Positions 1-9,883 of a stretch of 20,000 nt of DNA are shown piece after piece (positions within the stretch are counted from its first letter, which is position 1; each line of letters begins with the position of its first letter). This stretch comes from Folioceros fuciformis (lineage: Eukaryota), in NCBI GenBank assembly GCA_049999805.1, contig JBNGIO010006272.1, forward strand, positions 47,493-67,492. Reading direction: 5' to 3'. The notes beneath the pieces were generated by a model. The model was not told where the DNA came from. It saw only the letters and a list, made by a program, of their open reading frames with translations, and did not search any database. The translations under genes were made by a program, and so were the position numbers.

Positions 1-791
1 TACGCTGTATGCTGTACCTGCCTGCCTGGCAAGAGGTTGTGAGCTTCCGCCTCTTTCAGGGAGCATATGTATGTATGTCGATCATTGCAACAGGTGACGC
101 ATGCGCGGCCATGATTTCGGGTCAGGTGGAGGTGGCACCCGCCGGAAGGTGACAAAGAATTAGGCGAAGTGGTCATAGCTCTGCATCCCAACCCTTCCCC
201 TTCAAGGTGACGTAGAACTCCACTGCCCGACAGCCTGCGAACAGTGAACATCCCACTCACTGCGCGCAGTTAGGACTGCAGTCAATTCCCTGTTCTCTAT
301 AGCCGCACTGTGCACGGCAAGGTTCAAGCCTCTCTGCTGCCAAGTCCTGTCAATGAACAGCCTCCAGAGTGAGACCTGCCCTTCGATTTCTGCAGCCTGA
401 CCAAAGGGGTCAGATCAAGTGCACGGAGGCTGGCCTTGCACATGTGACTGGGACATGTGCTGGTGCAAACAACAGGACAAACAATAAGATACAAGCATAC
501 AGCTCTGCACAAAGACGGTTCACGGCCTTCAGGCTTACGCACGCAGGAACGCAGCTTCCACATAACAAAGATCATGAATGCCCAAGTCAACAGGAAACAG
601 ACTTCTCTGATATTGCTTTTGGTGCTCCGTCCATCAAAGTGATGAGTATAAGCGACACCGGCGCCTTTCCTGTGGTAGGGTACCTGGACAGGACTGCTGC
701 AGAGCAGTCCCTGACACCCCTTGGTCGGCACGCTTTCTGTTCGCTCACCACCAAGCCCCTTCTCATATCGACCTACAAGCTCTGGCTCTGA
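1..791 (+). CDS. 3' part of an unidentified multi-exon protein-coding gene (5' end outside window)
   Basis: Manual splice model with GT-AG introns of 67-90 nt: exons 1-35, 126-206, 274-321, 396-443, 533-791, all phase-2 junctions. Gives an open frame YAVCCTCLPGKRWRWHPPEGDKELGEVVIALHPNPSPSRTAVNSLFSIAALCTASLTKGVRSSARRLALHMLTHAG...ETDFSDIAFGAPSIKV...SLTPLGRHAFCSLTTKPLLISTYKLWL*. The last exon is the 3' part of ORF 369..791. Confidence 0.7.
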
Positions 792-848
792 AGTCTTTGG
801 ACCACTCCTCGACCCTGATTCGTATCCTCCACAGGGTTCCACTTTGAA

Positions 849-2000
849 TTACTCCATGCCAAGCCTATCACCAGGGAGCACTGTCGCAACTTGCTGTAAT
901 GGGCTCTGCCAGACTGTCCCGAAGCGCCGCCATGCCAGTCTTCTCGTCAGTTTAGCCTCACAGATTTTACTCACCCATCCTCTCGATGTTCGTGATCACC
1001 GCAGACCTCTCTGACGTTCTTTTGTTTTCCTTTACTGGCTCATGTCTATTCACTATCCCCAGGGGAAATGGGTTTGCAAGCTGGATGTTCTGTGCTGAAC
1101 CACTGCGGCATCGGTCTCGGCGTCCACTGTAACCTTAACCAGGCATGTCAACTACCCTGACCGTACAAGACGCTGCCTGGCTGCCATACCAAACGTCTCT
1201 GCAGTCAAATAGAGTAGTATTCTTTGTGGCAACAGATCCTTTGGCCCCACCAGGCACCACTACAGGGGGGTCAGGTGAGCCCCAGCACATCTGTCTTATT
1301 CCCCTATAGTCTCTGGAGTGCAATCATGGCTGATGAGCCTTCCTCATAGCACAATGATCTGCGTCTCCTCTCTCTGAATTTACCAACCTGTTTGCTCTGC
1401 CGTCCTTCCATTGAACTGCCCAAGGCGTCCGATGACGGCCCCCAGTGCCCCCAGTACCCCCCAGTAGCTCCAGTCTGCCAGTATATGCTGTGTAGGTAGA
1501 ATTCCTGGTACAACAAAATGGGTACATGTGGGAAAGAGTGTGGTAGTACGAATCATGCTTGCGTGCAGCCTGAGTGCTCCTGCCACTTCCTGCACCTTGG
1601 CAGAATAACCAGACCAATTTTGCTTTTGATCAGGCTCTTGCCATTCGTGTCATTCATGTGTTGGAACAAAAGATCCGTCATATTCCTACTTTGCCTCCCG
1701 GAGTACAGAGCATGACGAATTTTTTCTTGGCGCTTATAGGAGCAACAAGATTGGGCCTGGAAGAAGGCTACCGCACCTGCATCGCATCCGACCACACATT
1801 TGTGGGCGCCGTAGAATGCTTGGGGCAGCGAGTGTGCATGTGCTTTTCTACAGTCCTACAGGAAGGCATTCGCTGCCGCCAATACAACACTTGGACTACG
1901 GGTACCGTACCTTTCCCCGCGTGTTCATGTCACTGCCTTCCGCCTCCAACACCCTTATAGCCTTGTATAACACTTCTTTCCGCTGGGTCATACCATCGCC
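849..2000 (-). CDS. tentative unidentified multi-exon gene (start and last exon uncertain)
   Basis: Chain of phase-compatible GT-AG exons: ?-1911 (..MTQRKEVLYKAIRVLEAEGSDMNTRGK), 1756-1596, 1504-1388, 1312-1190, 1102-975, with introns of 154, 91, 75 and 87 nt. Joins parts of ORFs 1553..1795, 1324..1617 and 1135..1323 into one frame. Candidate stops at 868-870 or 849-851. No family recognised. Confidence 0.4.
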
Positions 2001-2387
2001 CAATGACGGGTCAGGCAGTCTGGGGAGGCCCACGTCTCCCGTGAGGAGAGTCCCAGGGCAGGAGTGAAAGCACTCGATTAGAGCTCAAATTAGGCACGAA
2101 GTGGCCAGCGGCTTTAGAGGTTGCCAAGAGCCGCAAACTAGGGCATCCCACCCTGTATATCGGACACGTAAGACCTCCTGCGAGGCCCTGGAGCGTCCCA
2201 TCTACCAACTTTCCAGTCAACGTCAATGTTGGGTTTCGTTTCTGAAGGGGACGGTCCAAGGATGAAAAGCCACATGCCACAGTAGCGACCATCATCAACG
2301 AGAAAAGGTTGTTCAGAGCTCCGATGGAAAGCATGTAAATATAAATGGTATACAACATGCAACGTATACGATACACGAATCCTCCTG

Positions 2388-3553
2388 TCATGTCCGTTTG
2401 TAGCTTAGCTTGGCAGACTGCAAGGCAAAAGCAAACCATTTTGAACAAGATTTTGGAGTGGCTGCTATTGCTCAAAGAGAAGGGCGAGCCGTTCTCTGGA
2501 ATTTTAGATAACTTCAAAGCGGACAGTTCGTACCTTTATCAGCATGTCGGTGGGAAGCCATGCAGGTGAAGTTGGAATACCGGCCCACGCAATCTGGATC
2601 GTCAACGACACGAGGTCAGATATCCTCAAGCGTCCAGCTTCGCCCAATCTAGGGATCCTACCAAGTGGTGTGGAATGCTACAGACTCTTACCAGAGCGTA
2701 TTCGCCTGTCTCAAAAATCCTAATGTCCAGGACCTGTAGGCCAAAGGTGAAAAGGTGATAAAATACTCCTACCAACACATTGATGAGAACCACATGGAAG
2801 CAAACGAACGCGGCATGACAGTGCCACGCACAAGAGGCTCTTGTCCAACAACTATAAGGCACAGCGAGCATCCATTTCAACAGAGAATGACCTATACTAA
2901 CCTCCCCACGATCTTCGTAGATGTAGTCCAGGCCCTTGAAATAAGGTGGATGACCTACAGAGAGATACTGCAGCGTCCACGTAGGTCAGTCACCCCTACA
3001 GCGTGACAGGCAACCCCTAACCTAGCACAACCTTCAAACAAGCGACAGCGAGATGGCAGGCATTTCGAGCAAGAGCCTTAATTACATTAACACTGTTGAG
3101 GTACTTCTCTTTATCAACCCTCACGATTTGACCCTTGGTCACTGCAGACAAGTGACGGAAACCAGCATTCAGTGCTAAGCATTGGAATCAGTAGACGGAA
3201 TGCCTCAAACTCCTACCCGGAAACAATGCACTCACTGCTGAAGGTAGGCTTAGCTGAAGGCTTGGGAGGCGGCTTCGCAGCAGGAGCCGGCTCCTCTGCT
3301 GCTCGCACAACCCAAGAGGTGCTCCTCTGCAATCTCTGCAAAAAGAAAACAGTCCGTAACAAAGTGAATTGATTATCAACCATCCACAATCCTAGGACAC
3401 AATGAAATCGCGCATATCCTACATTCAGCTGACCTGGTGTGAGGTCCAGGAGAAGGTGCAGCCAGAGCTTGCAGCCCACATCGGAGCTGCTGCCGCGTTC
3501 TGCAGGCTGTGGCCGGCAAGCCGCGTGCTCTGTTGCCACACCAACGACGCCAT
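2388..3553 (-). CDS. ndhO: NAD(P)H-quinone oxidoreductase (chloroplast NDH complex) subunit O, nuclear-encoded precursor, 157 aa
   Basis: Seven exons 3553-3434, 3335-3236, 3141-3086, 2967-2902, 2733-2692, 2593-2534, 2417-2388 (474 nt), all GT-AG. Translation: Ala/Ser-rich transit-peptide-like N-terminus, then PTFSMTKGQIVRVDKEKYLNSVNYLSVGHPPYFKGLDYIYEDRGEVLDIRIFETGEYALIAWAGIPTSPAWLPTDMLIKSAKLSYKRT*, which matches the plant NdhO core as I recall it. Confidence 0.96.
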
Positions 3554-4206
3554 AGCTCCTGAAATCTGGACCTCACGCCTTCACGAGACAGCCACTGACT
3601 GGATCACGTTTCTCGTTATTTCACCAGACTTTTACCTAGACATAACAATAACTTTACCGCCATCCACCTCATCCGCATTTTCAGCCAAATGTCATGCACA
3701 CAACTCAATGTAATATGGACCATAACGGTAAACGAACTGCTCGAAAATCATCGGATGTTCGAGAATACAGGAGGCAATTCGATGCTTTGAGAAAGTCCTG
3801 GCGGGAGATTCCCACTCTGTACATCTCACGACATTTCTGAGTACGCTAGGACATGGAACACAGTTATGGAGGCATGCAGCCAAGAACATCACAAGTGGCC
3901 ACTCGAACGAGCGCAGTTTTAGGATACTCCCAAACGCTCTGGCTTTGGAGGAGATTGCTTACTTTACCAGCCATTCTTGCTGGATCATGAACATCCTGCT
4001 CCACAGAGCCTAAGTTTGGAATACACACAGAGTCCGGAAACTTTCTCCTTGTCAATCCCCGTTTCTTCTCACCTAACTGGCGAGGGGAGGAGCTTTGGCC
4101 CGGAGAAGGACGGCCATGCAGGAAGCGAGAGATACCCCTCAATGGATGGTCGCCCGTCTTCGCAGAGACTGTACGATTGACAGGCTTCGCAGGTCGTTCC
4201 TTTCCT

Positions 4207-5100
4207 CTACACATCAGAGTTCGGTCGAACGTCGTCGGGCTCACAGGGAAAACAGAACCTTGCCTTAAGCTTCCCGCTGAACCTGCCGATAAACAGTGCT
4301 GTCACTTCCAGTTTGTACTGATGTTTGCACCAGCAAGGGGTTCCCGTTGCACAGTGCGAAGCTTGTATAGGGTTTAGATCAGGATTATTACCTCCGACAC
4401 GCTGGAACTGATCTTCATTTCCACGTCTCGCTGTTGACAGGCACCTCGGTGACGGTCTCAGAGGCTCCTCTTCAAGATCGTCGTCAGAGGCTGCTAACGC
4501 ATTGCTACACCACAACCGGGGTTTACCTGCCTTGTCTCTGTCACACGTAACCCTGTCGTGAAACATGCAAGGCTCGGGCAACATTGATCCATCCTTAGGT
4601 TCGCAGCGAGATGTAGAAACCACCTTTTCGGATCCCTCGACATCGCTTACCCGTCCGCACAACAGAAACACAGATCTACGAGTGAGTTTTACCCGATGCG
4701 CCTTCCTTGGCCAACGTGGCCTTTGGTAGACCTCTTCCCCATCGCGGGGCCTATCCTTGCCCGGGACTTCCTCCCAGGCGAATGCAATATCTGGCGGATT
4801 GTCGGATCTGTAGTTTGGTGTGATACTCCCTCCCGAAATCACTCTTCCATTTGAAGCTGGAACATGGTCTCTCATGCCGTTGACCTCGATGACAGTCTCC
4901 TCGCGCTGCCTCTCCTCGTTCACAGCTTCCTGGCGCAGCCTCTCCTCGTTCACAACCTCCTGAGGCTGCCTTTCCTCGTTTACAGCCTCCTCCTCGCGCT
5001 GCCTTTCCTTCTCCACAGCCTTCGCGCGCTGACTCTCCGATGTGGATCGGAGCTTGGTGAGGTGGCCCGGATGTGCGCCGAATACACGCGGATCATACAT
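4207..5100 (-). CDS. hypothetical, largely disordered protein with a DUF688-like (V/I)xFxWEExPGK motif and a 10-aa charged repeat
   Basis: Long ORF 4207..5184 with first ATG at ~5100 (MYDPRVF). Contains IAFAWEEVPGK, resembling the VPFxWExxPGxPK motif of plant DUF688-type proteins. The internal repeat preserves frame. The 3' end may be spliced (GT donor near 4391). Confidence 0.55.
   Translation of the reverse strand: MYDPRVFGAHPGHLTKLRSTSESQRAKAVEKERQREEEAVNEERQPQEVVNEERLRQEAVNEERQREETVIEVNGMRDHVPASNGRVISGGSITPNYRSDNPPDIAFAWEEVPGKDRPRDGEEVYQRPRWPRKAHRVKLTRRSVFLLCGRVSDVEGSEKVVSTSRCEPKDGSMLPEPCMFHDRVTCDRDKAGKPRLWCSNALAASDDDLEEEPLRPSPRCLSTARRGNEDQFQRVGGNNPDLNPIQASHCATGTPCWCKHQYKLEVTALFIGRFSGKLKARFCFPCEPDDVRPNSDV
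4891..5031. repeat. 30-bp tandem repeat, ~4.5 degenerate copies, coding (A/V)VNEERQREE-like units on the - strand
   Basis: Units start at 4891, 4921, 4951, 4981 (33 nt) and 5014 (partial); consensus approximately cacagcctcctcgcgctgcctctcctcgtt. Confidence 0.85.
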
Positions 5101-6247
5101 TTTGGCAGTGCTTCCTTTCGTTCCCTCCTCGCGGTCTCTGCACACACGCAACCGATCAGTAAAAAATTCTCCAAGACAGATCACTCAAATCTTACAATTT
5201 CCACTCACCAAGTACACAGACCGCAAGTAAGCAACAGTGGCAAAGCAGTGAGATACAATACCAATTTCAGGCACCCATGCCCGCAGTCTGCATGCTTCCT
5301 ACACCTGTGTCAAGCTGTGAGGCCACCAATCGCTAGCTTTCCCGTTTGCGCAGCTAGTGCAACAGCTGCCTACTCCACTGTCCACAGACAGTCGCAGTGT
5401 GAGCTGCGATCCCGCGCAGCGCTGGAGGTCGACGGGGCCTCCAGCGCGGCGAGTTGTGAGGAGGAGGCGGAATTGATTCCCGGAGACAGGGGAAGGGGAA
5501 GTGGACGGGGGAAACTGCTGCCGCACAACTCCAGGCTGTGGCGTCTGGCAAGCCAAGCACGGGTTCCTGCCGAGTTGCCCGTGGACCATGTCTCGAGGAG
5601 ACACTGGTTTTGGGAAGTGTGGTAGCGACTGCAATTGGGTTATAATATTTTAGAATGTCGCGACTAGAACAGTCAGTGTGGATAACTTTACGTTGGCAGA
5701 CAGCACAGTATCCTAGCGTCATGAATGGCAAGTCGCCTTTCCCTCTTTGTCACACGATCATTTGGACACACCCTCCACGATCCCCATATGACACATTATT
5801 GACTACGAGATCCTCTCCATTGGAGTCCTCTCGATTCTCACATAATCTGGAGAATTTCTGCAGAACTTTGATACATGGCGGTTTCTGGTGAAGCCAGTTC
5901 CTCGCTAACTCAACGAAATTGAAGAGTGGCACACAAGTTCCTCACTTAATCAACCCCAATTGAAGATCAAAATCCGAGAGTCAAGTACTTTGAAGTGAAG
6001 AACATGAACTTCATGGTTTTTTAATACCCCATAACAGCTAAGGGAGAGTGACATACATGGACTGTTCACTTTTAATCTTTTTTAAAACAGTGCAAAAAAA
6101 AAAAACCCTGCTGGTAAGTTAGAAGAAGAAGAAGTCTGTTTTAGTTACAAAGTTACAAGTTAGAAAGGCAGTTATTGACATACGATTCAGATTTGATGTA
6201 CAACGACCGAATCAGTCTAAGGCAGAATGAATACACATGAACGCACC

Positions 6248-9175
6248 CTAAATCCTAATCGGCTGTATCCTTGCGCTTAACCTTTTCAGTAGCTCGTACA
6301 GGATTGCATCTTGGCGATGGCGGTGATCGCCGACTGCAAACTTGTGTACTTGAGAGTCATGCTCGATCCAGCTCTGGCCAGGCTCCTTCCATGCTCCAGC
6401 TGCAAGCCTCAAGCCTTGTATGTGCTCTCCATGCTCCAGCAGGCCAGCATTTGCCAACATGTTGGACACGAGCACGTATGCTGAAGGTTGCTTTGGCTCT
6501 AAGGCAACAGCTTCATCAAAAGCACGCTGTCCGAGTGAGATGTTGCCATGTTTGTGACAGGCACCCAGCACAGACAGCCACACTGACAGGTCAGGCTGCA
6601 TAGGCATTTGCAGCAGCAGCTCGTCCACCTTGTTCAAGAGGCCTGCGCGGCTGACGAGATCAATAACACATCCATAGTGCGCCAGATCTGGAACTATGCC
6701 GTGGTCTCTTGCCATGGAGTGGAAGTAACGTAATCCCTTCTCAACCTTGCCAGCATGACTACAGGCCGTCAGGAGGGCCAGGAATGTGATCCTGTCCGGG
6801 TTCACTCCAGCCAGAAGCATGTTGTTGTAGCACTGTATGCTCCTCTCATAGCATCCTACCCGAGCATACCCAGAAATTAGGGCAGTCCAGGACACCACAT
6901 TGGGCTGTGTCAGCGAGTGGAATACCCTTTCTGCGTCCACCATGCTCCCGCATTTGCCGTAGGTGTGGATCAGACTAGTGGCCACACAAGGGCTGCACTC
7001 AAGTTCAGTGCCTAGTATACTTTGGTGGATGCGCACGCAGATGTCCAATGCGCCTGTCGTGCCGCATGCTTCCAGGACGGAAACAATGGTAGCTTCATTT
7101 GGCTTCATGCCAACTGCTTCCATCTTAGCATAGAGGTGCAAGGCCTTCTCCCCTTGCTCTCGCTGAGCGTATGCTGCAATCATGGCAGTGCATGACACCA
7201 CATCATGCTGGGGCAACGCATGGAACACGGTTTCGGCATCTTTGATACTCCCACACTTTGCGTACAAGCTAATCAAGGAAGTACCGACGAAGACATCGGA
7301 CGAAAATGCACTCCCGGCAGCATTTATTTGCTTCCCTTGCCCCAAGGAATTCACTTTCACAAGTTGGCCCTCCACAAATACTTCTTCCTCCTTGTCTGCA
7401 AGGCTACCACATGCTTGGACAAGGCTGACAAAAGTCCGTGCATTTGGCCTTACACTTGCTGCCTTCATCTGCTGATACATATGCAATGCCTCTTCCCCCA
7501 GCCCCTCCTGTGCATATGCGGCAATCATTGCAGTCCACGAGACAACATCATGCTCACGCAATCGGTCGAAAACCTGTCTGGCATCCACCGTGCTTCCACA
7601 CTTCGCATACATACTAACCAGACTGGTTCCAACAAACATGTCAGATCCAAGACCACTCTTCACAGCTACATGATGCACTTCTTTTCCCTTCTGCAGTGAC
7701 TGCAGTTTGACCCACAGGTTGTCTACAGGTGCACTTTGCTCCTGCTCAGCGAGACTGCCGCATGCCTGGAGAGCACTGACAAATGAGTATGCATTCGGCT
7801 TGATTCCATCCTCTTGCATATGCCAAAAAAGCTGGAGAGCCTTTTCTCCTTGCTCCTTCTGACAATATGCTGCTATCATAGCTGTCCAGGAAACAACGTC
7901 ACGCCTGGACAAGCTATGGAAAACCTGCACCGCATCCTTCATACTCCCACACTTTGCGTAGAACTTCACCACCGTATTGACCATATAGACATCCGTTCCA
8001 AACCCCATCCCTACAGCCCCAGCATGTATCTCCTTTCCCTTAGCCAAAGACTCTATCTTGACACCTTGCCCGTCCATGACTGCTTCTTCCTCCTGTTCTG
8101 CCAGGCTGCTGCATGCTTGGAGAACGCTGATAAATGTCAATTCATCTGGCACCACCTCTTCTTCCTGCATTTGAGAGTATAGCTGCAAGACCTTTCTTCC
8201 TTGACCTAACTCAGAAAGTGGACCGAGCAATGCATTCCACGATACCACATCTGGCTGGGACAGTTTGCGAAACATAAACTCTGCATCCGCTATGCTCCCA
8301 CATTTCGCGTACATACCCACCAGTGAGTTGCCAACAAACACATCAGACTCAAATCCTCGAGCAGCAGCTGCGGTGTGCACTTGCTTTCCTCTCTGCAATG
8401 CCTCCACTTTCACATTCTGCGTGCCAACAACCAAAACTCCTTCTTTCTCTGAAAGAACGCCACATGCTTGGAGAACGCTGACAAAGGTTCTTGCATTTGA
8501 TTTAACACCTTCCTCCTCCATCTGTGCATGTAGCCGCAACGCTTGCTTCCCATGGCCCTGTTGAGCGTATGCTGCAACCAACGCATTCCACGAAACAACA
8601 TCACGCTGGGACAATCCATCAAAAACCTGCTGGGCATCTGGAATGCTCTTGCACTTGGCATACATACTTACCAGAGTGTTGCCCACATACACGTCAGCCT
8701 CAAACCCATAGCTCACAACGGCAGCATGCATCCTTTTCCCCTCTTCCAGATCCTCCAGCCTGCTGCAAGCCTTAAGCAAGCTGACAAACGTGTACTTGTT
8801 GGGCTGCACGCCCTCCTCGCGCATGCGCTGGTAGCACAACAGCGCTTTCCGACATCTTCCTGCATTGCTATACCCTGAGATGATGGCTGTCCACGAGAAG
8901 ACAGTCCGGCTTGGCAACCTTCGAAACAAATGCAGGCCATCGGCAAAGCTTCCACACTTCACCAACGCGGTGACAACAAGGTCGCCCAACACGGTGTCCA
9001 ACTCCAAACCATGTTTCACCAAGTGATCATGTACCTGTTTGGCGTCCTTCAAGGCTCCGCTCTGCATGCATGACTGCAACAGTTGCTTGTACACTGGCAC
9101 CGACGGCACACCCCCTTGCTTGTCCAAGGCAACAAGGGCCTTTTCAAACCCCAGCGTGATGTTGATGGGCCCCAT
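6248..9175 (-). CDS. PLS-class pentatricopeptide repeat protein, E+ subgroup (putative organellar RNA-editing specificity factor), 975 aa
   Basis: Intronless ORF that parses exactly into a 25-aa leader, 23 motifs (L-S-P-L-S-P-LL-S-P-LL-S-P-LL-S-P-LL-S-P-L-S-P2-L2-S2), E1, E2 and a 45-aa E+ tail starting with the PG box EPGQSWIE. Typical VVSW(N/T)A, MYAKCG and LTACSHAG words. No HxE/CxxC/DYW. Confidence 0.96.
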   Translation of the reverse strand: MGPINITLGFEKALVALDKQGGVPSVPVYKQLLQSCMQSGALKDAKQVHDHLVKHGLELDTVLGDLVVTALVKCGSFADGLHLFRRLPSRTVFSWTAIISGYSNAGRCRKALLCYQRMREEGVQPNKYTFVSLLKACSRLEDLEEGKRMHAAVVSYGFEADVYVGNTLVSMYAKCKSIPDAQQVFDGLSQRDVVSWNALVAAYAQQGHGKQALRLHAQMEEEGVKSNARTFVSVLQACGVLSEKEGVLVVGTQNVKVEALQRGKQVHTAAAARGFESDVFVGNSLVGMYAKCGSIADAEFMFRKLSQPDVVSWNALLGPLSELGQGRKVLQLYSQMQEEEVVPDELTFISVLQACSSLAEQEEEAVMDGQGVKIESLAKGKEIHAGAVGMGFGTDVYMVNTVVKFYAKCGSMKDAVQVFHSLSRRDVVSWTAMIAAYCQKEQGEKALQLFWHMQEDGIKPNAYSFVSALQACGSLAEQEQSAPVDNLWVKLQSLQKGKEVHHVAVKSGLGSDMFVGTSLVSMYAKCGSTVDARQVFDRLREHDVVSWTAMIAAYAQEGLGEEALHMYQQMKAASVRPNARTFVSLVQACGSLADKEEEVFVEGQLVKVNSLGQGKQINAAGSAFSSDVFVGTSLISLYAKCGSIKDAETVFHALPQHDVVSCTAMIAAYAQREQGEKALHLYAKMEAVGMKPNEATIVSVLEACGTTGALDICVRIHQSILGTELECSPCVATSLIHTYGKCGSMVDAERVFHSLTQPNVVSWTALISGYARVGCYERSIQCYNNMLLAGVNPDRITFLALLTACSHAGKVEKGLRYFHSMARDHGIVPDLAHYGCVIDLVSRAGLLNKVDELLLQMPMQPDLSVWLSVLGACHKHGNISLGQRAFDEAVALEPKQPSAYVLVSNMLANAGLLEHGEHIQGLRLAAGAWKEPGQSWIEHDSQVHKFAVGDHRHRQDAILYELLKRLSARIQPIRI

Positions 9176-9883
9176 TGGGCAGGCATCAGTGCTTCCTCAT
9201 CTTGTTCGCATGCCACCATCACTGCTGCCCTTAAGGCTCTACAGCAGCAGAAATTCGTTACAGCCCAGAACTTCAAGACGAGGGAGACGTACGAGACGCA
9301 GCGGGGTGCGAACTCTTAGGAGGTAGGCGGATCATGTTGCACAGGCGAGCTTCACATTGAGCACTCAGGATGGAGGTGCGTTTTCCCTGACCCGTCGGGA
9401 CAGCAGACGCGGATACGGATATTGCTGATGTTGAGTGATCAAGGCCATGCTCATCCACAGGAACTACATGAAGGGTTACTTCTCCCACAAAACCGAAGTG
9501 TTGATGTTCAGCCAGGCGTATCCTTTTCGGATTATGACCTCCAGACAAGAGCGATGGCCACATGCCTAACGCTGCGTGTCTCAAGTTTGGATGACCAGGC
9601 TTCCCCAAAACCTTGCAGCTAGGAATGGTGCGATGCTGCTCCAACCAAGGGACGTTGTGGTATCTGAAGTCCACCACAGAGGACTACCTCCTCTCTACAA
9701 CTCGGTTGAAGAGAGCTCCTCCTCGAGAGCTTTGATGGGTTTATTCATTGGGGTGACCCAAGAGTCGTTCGGAGGCTTCTACGCTTTCGTCTCTCACACT
9801 TTTCACTCGTGTTGTCATCATCTCCTTAGTATGAAGCGTCACATGACACTTGCCTGAGAATCTCGCAATGCACTAGTCCTAGC

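Noticed and set aside
324..842. 172-aa - strand ORF
   Set aside because: It overlaps exons and introns of the better-supported + strand gene and has no motif.
4891..5031. CRISPR-like periodicity
   Set aside because: Contiguous degenerate tandem units with no unique spacers, in a eukaryotic coding context.
4864..5625. 253-aa + strand ORF
   Set aside because: Its Leu-rich part is the antisense shadow of the Glu/Arg repeat; the rest has no recognisable motif.
6094..6133. Poly(A) run and (AGA)n near the PPR 3' end
   Set aside because: Short simple repeats. The A-run is on the opposite strand to a retro-copy tail of the PPR gene.
2388..9175. Functional cluster of NdhO with a PPR factor that might edit plastid ndh transcripts
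   Set aside because: PPR genes are very numerous, so adjacency is expected by chance. The target and even the organelle are unknown.
6271..9326. Numerous short + strand and alternative-frame ORFs
   Set aside because: Antisense or frame shadows of the PPR coding sequence.
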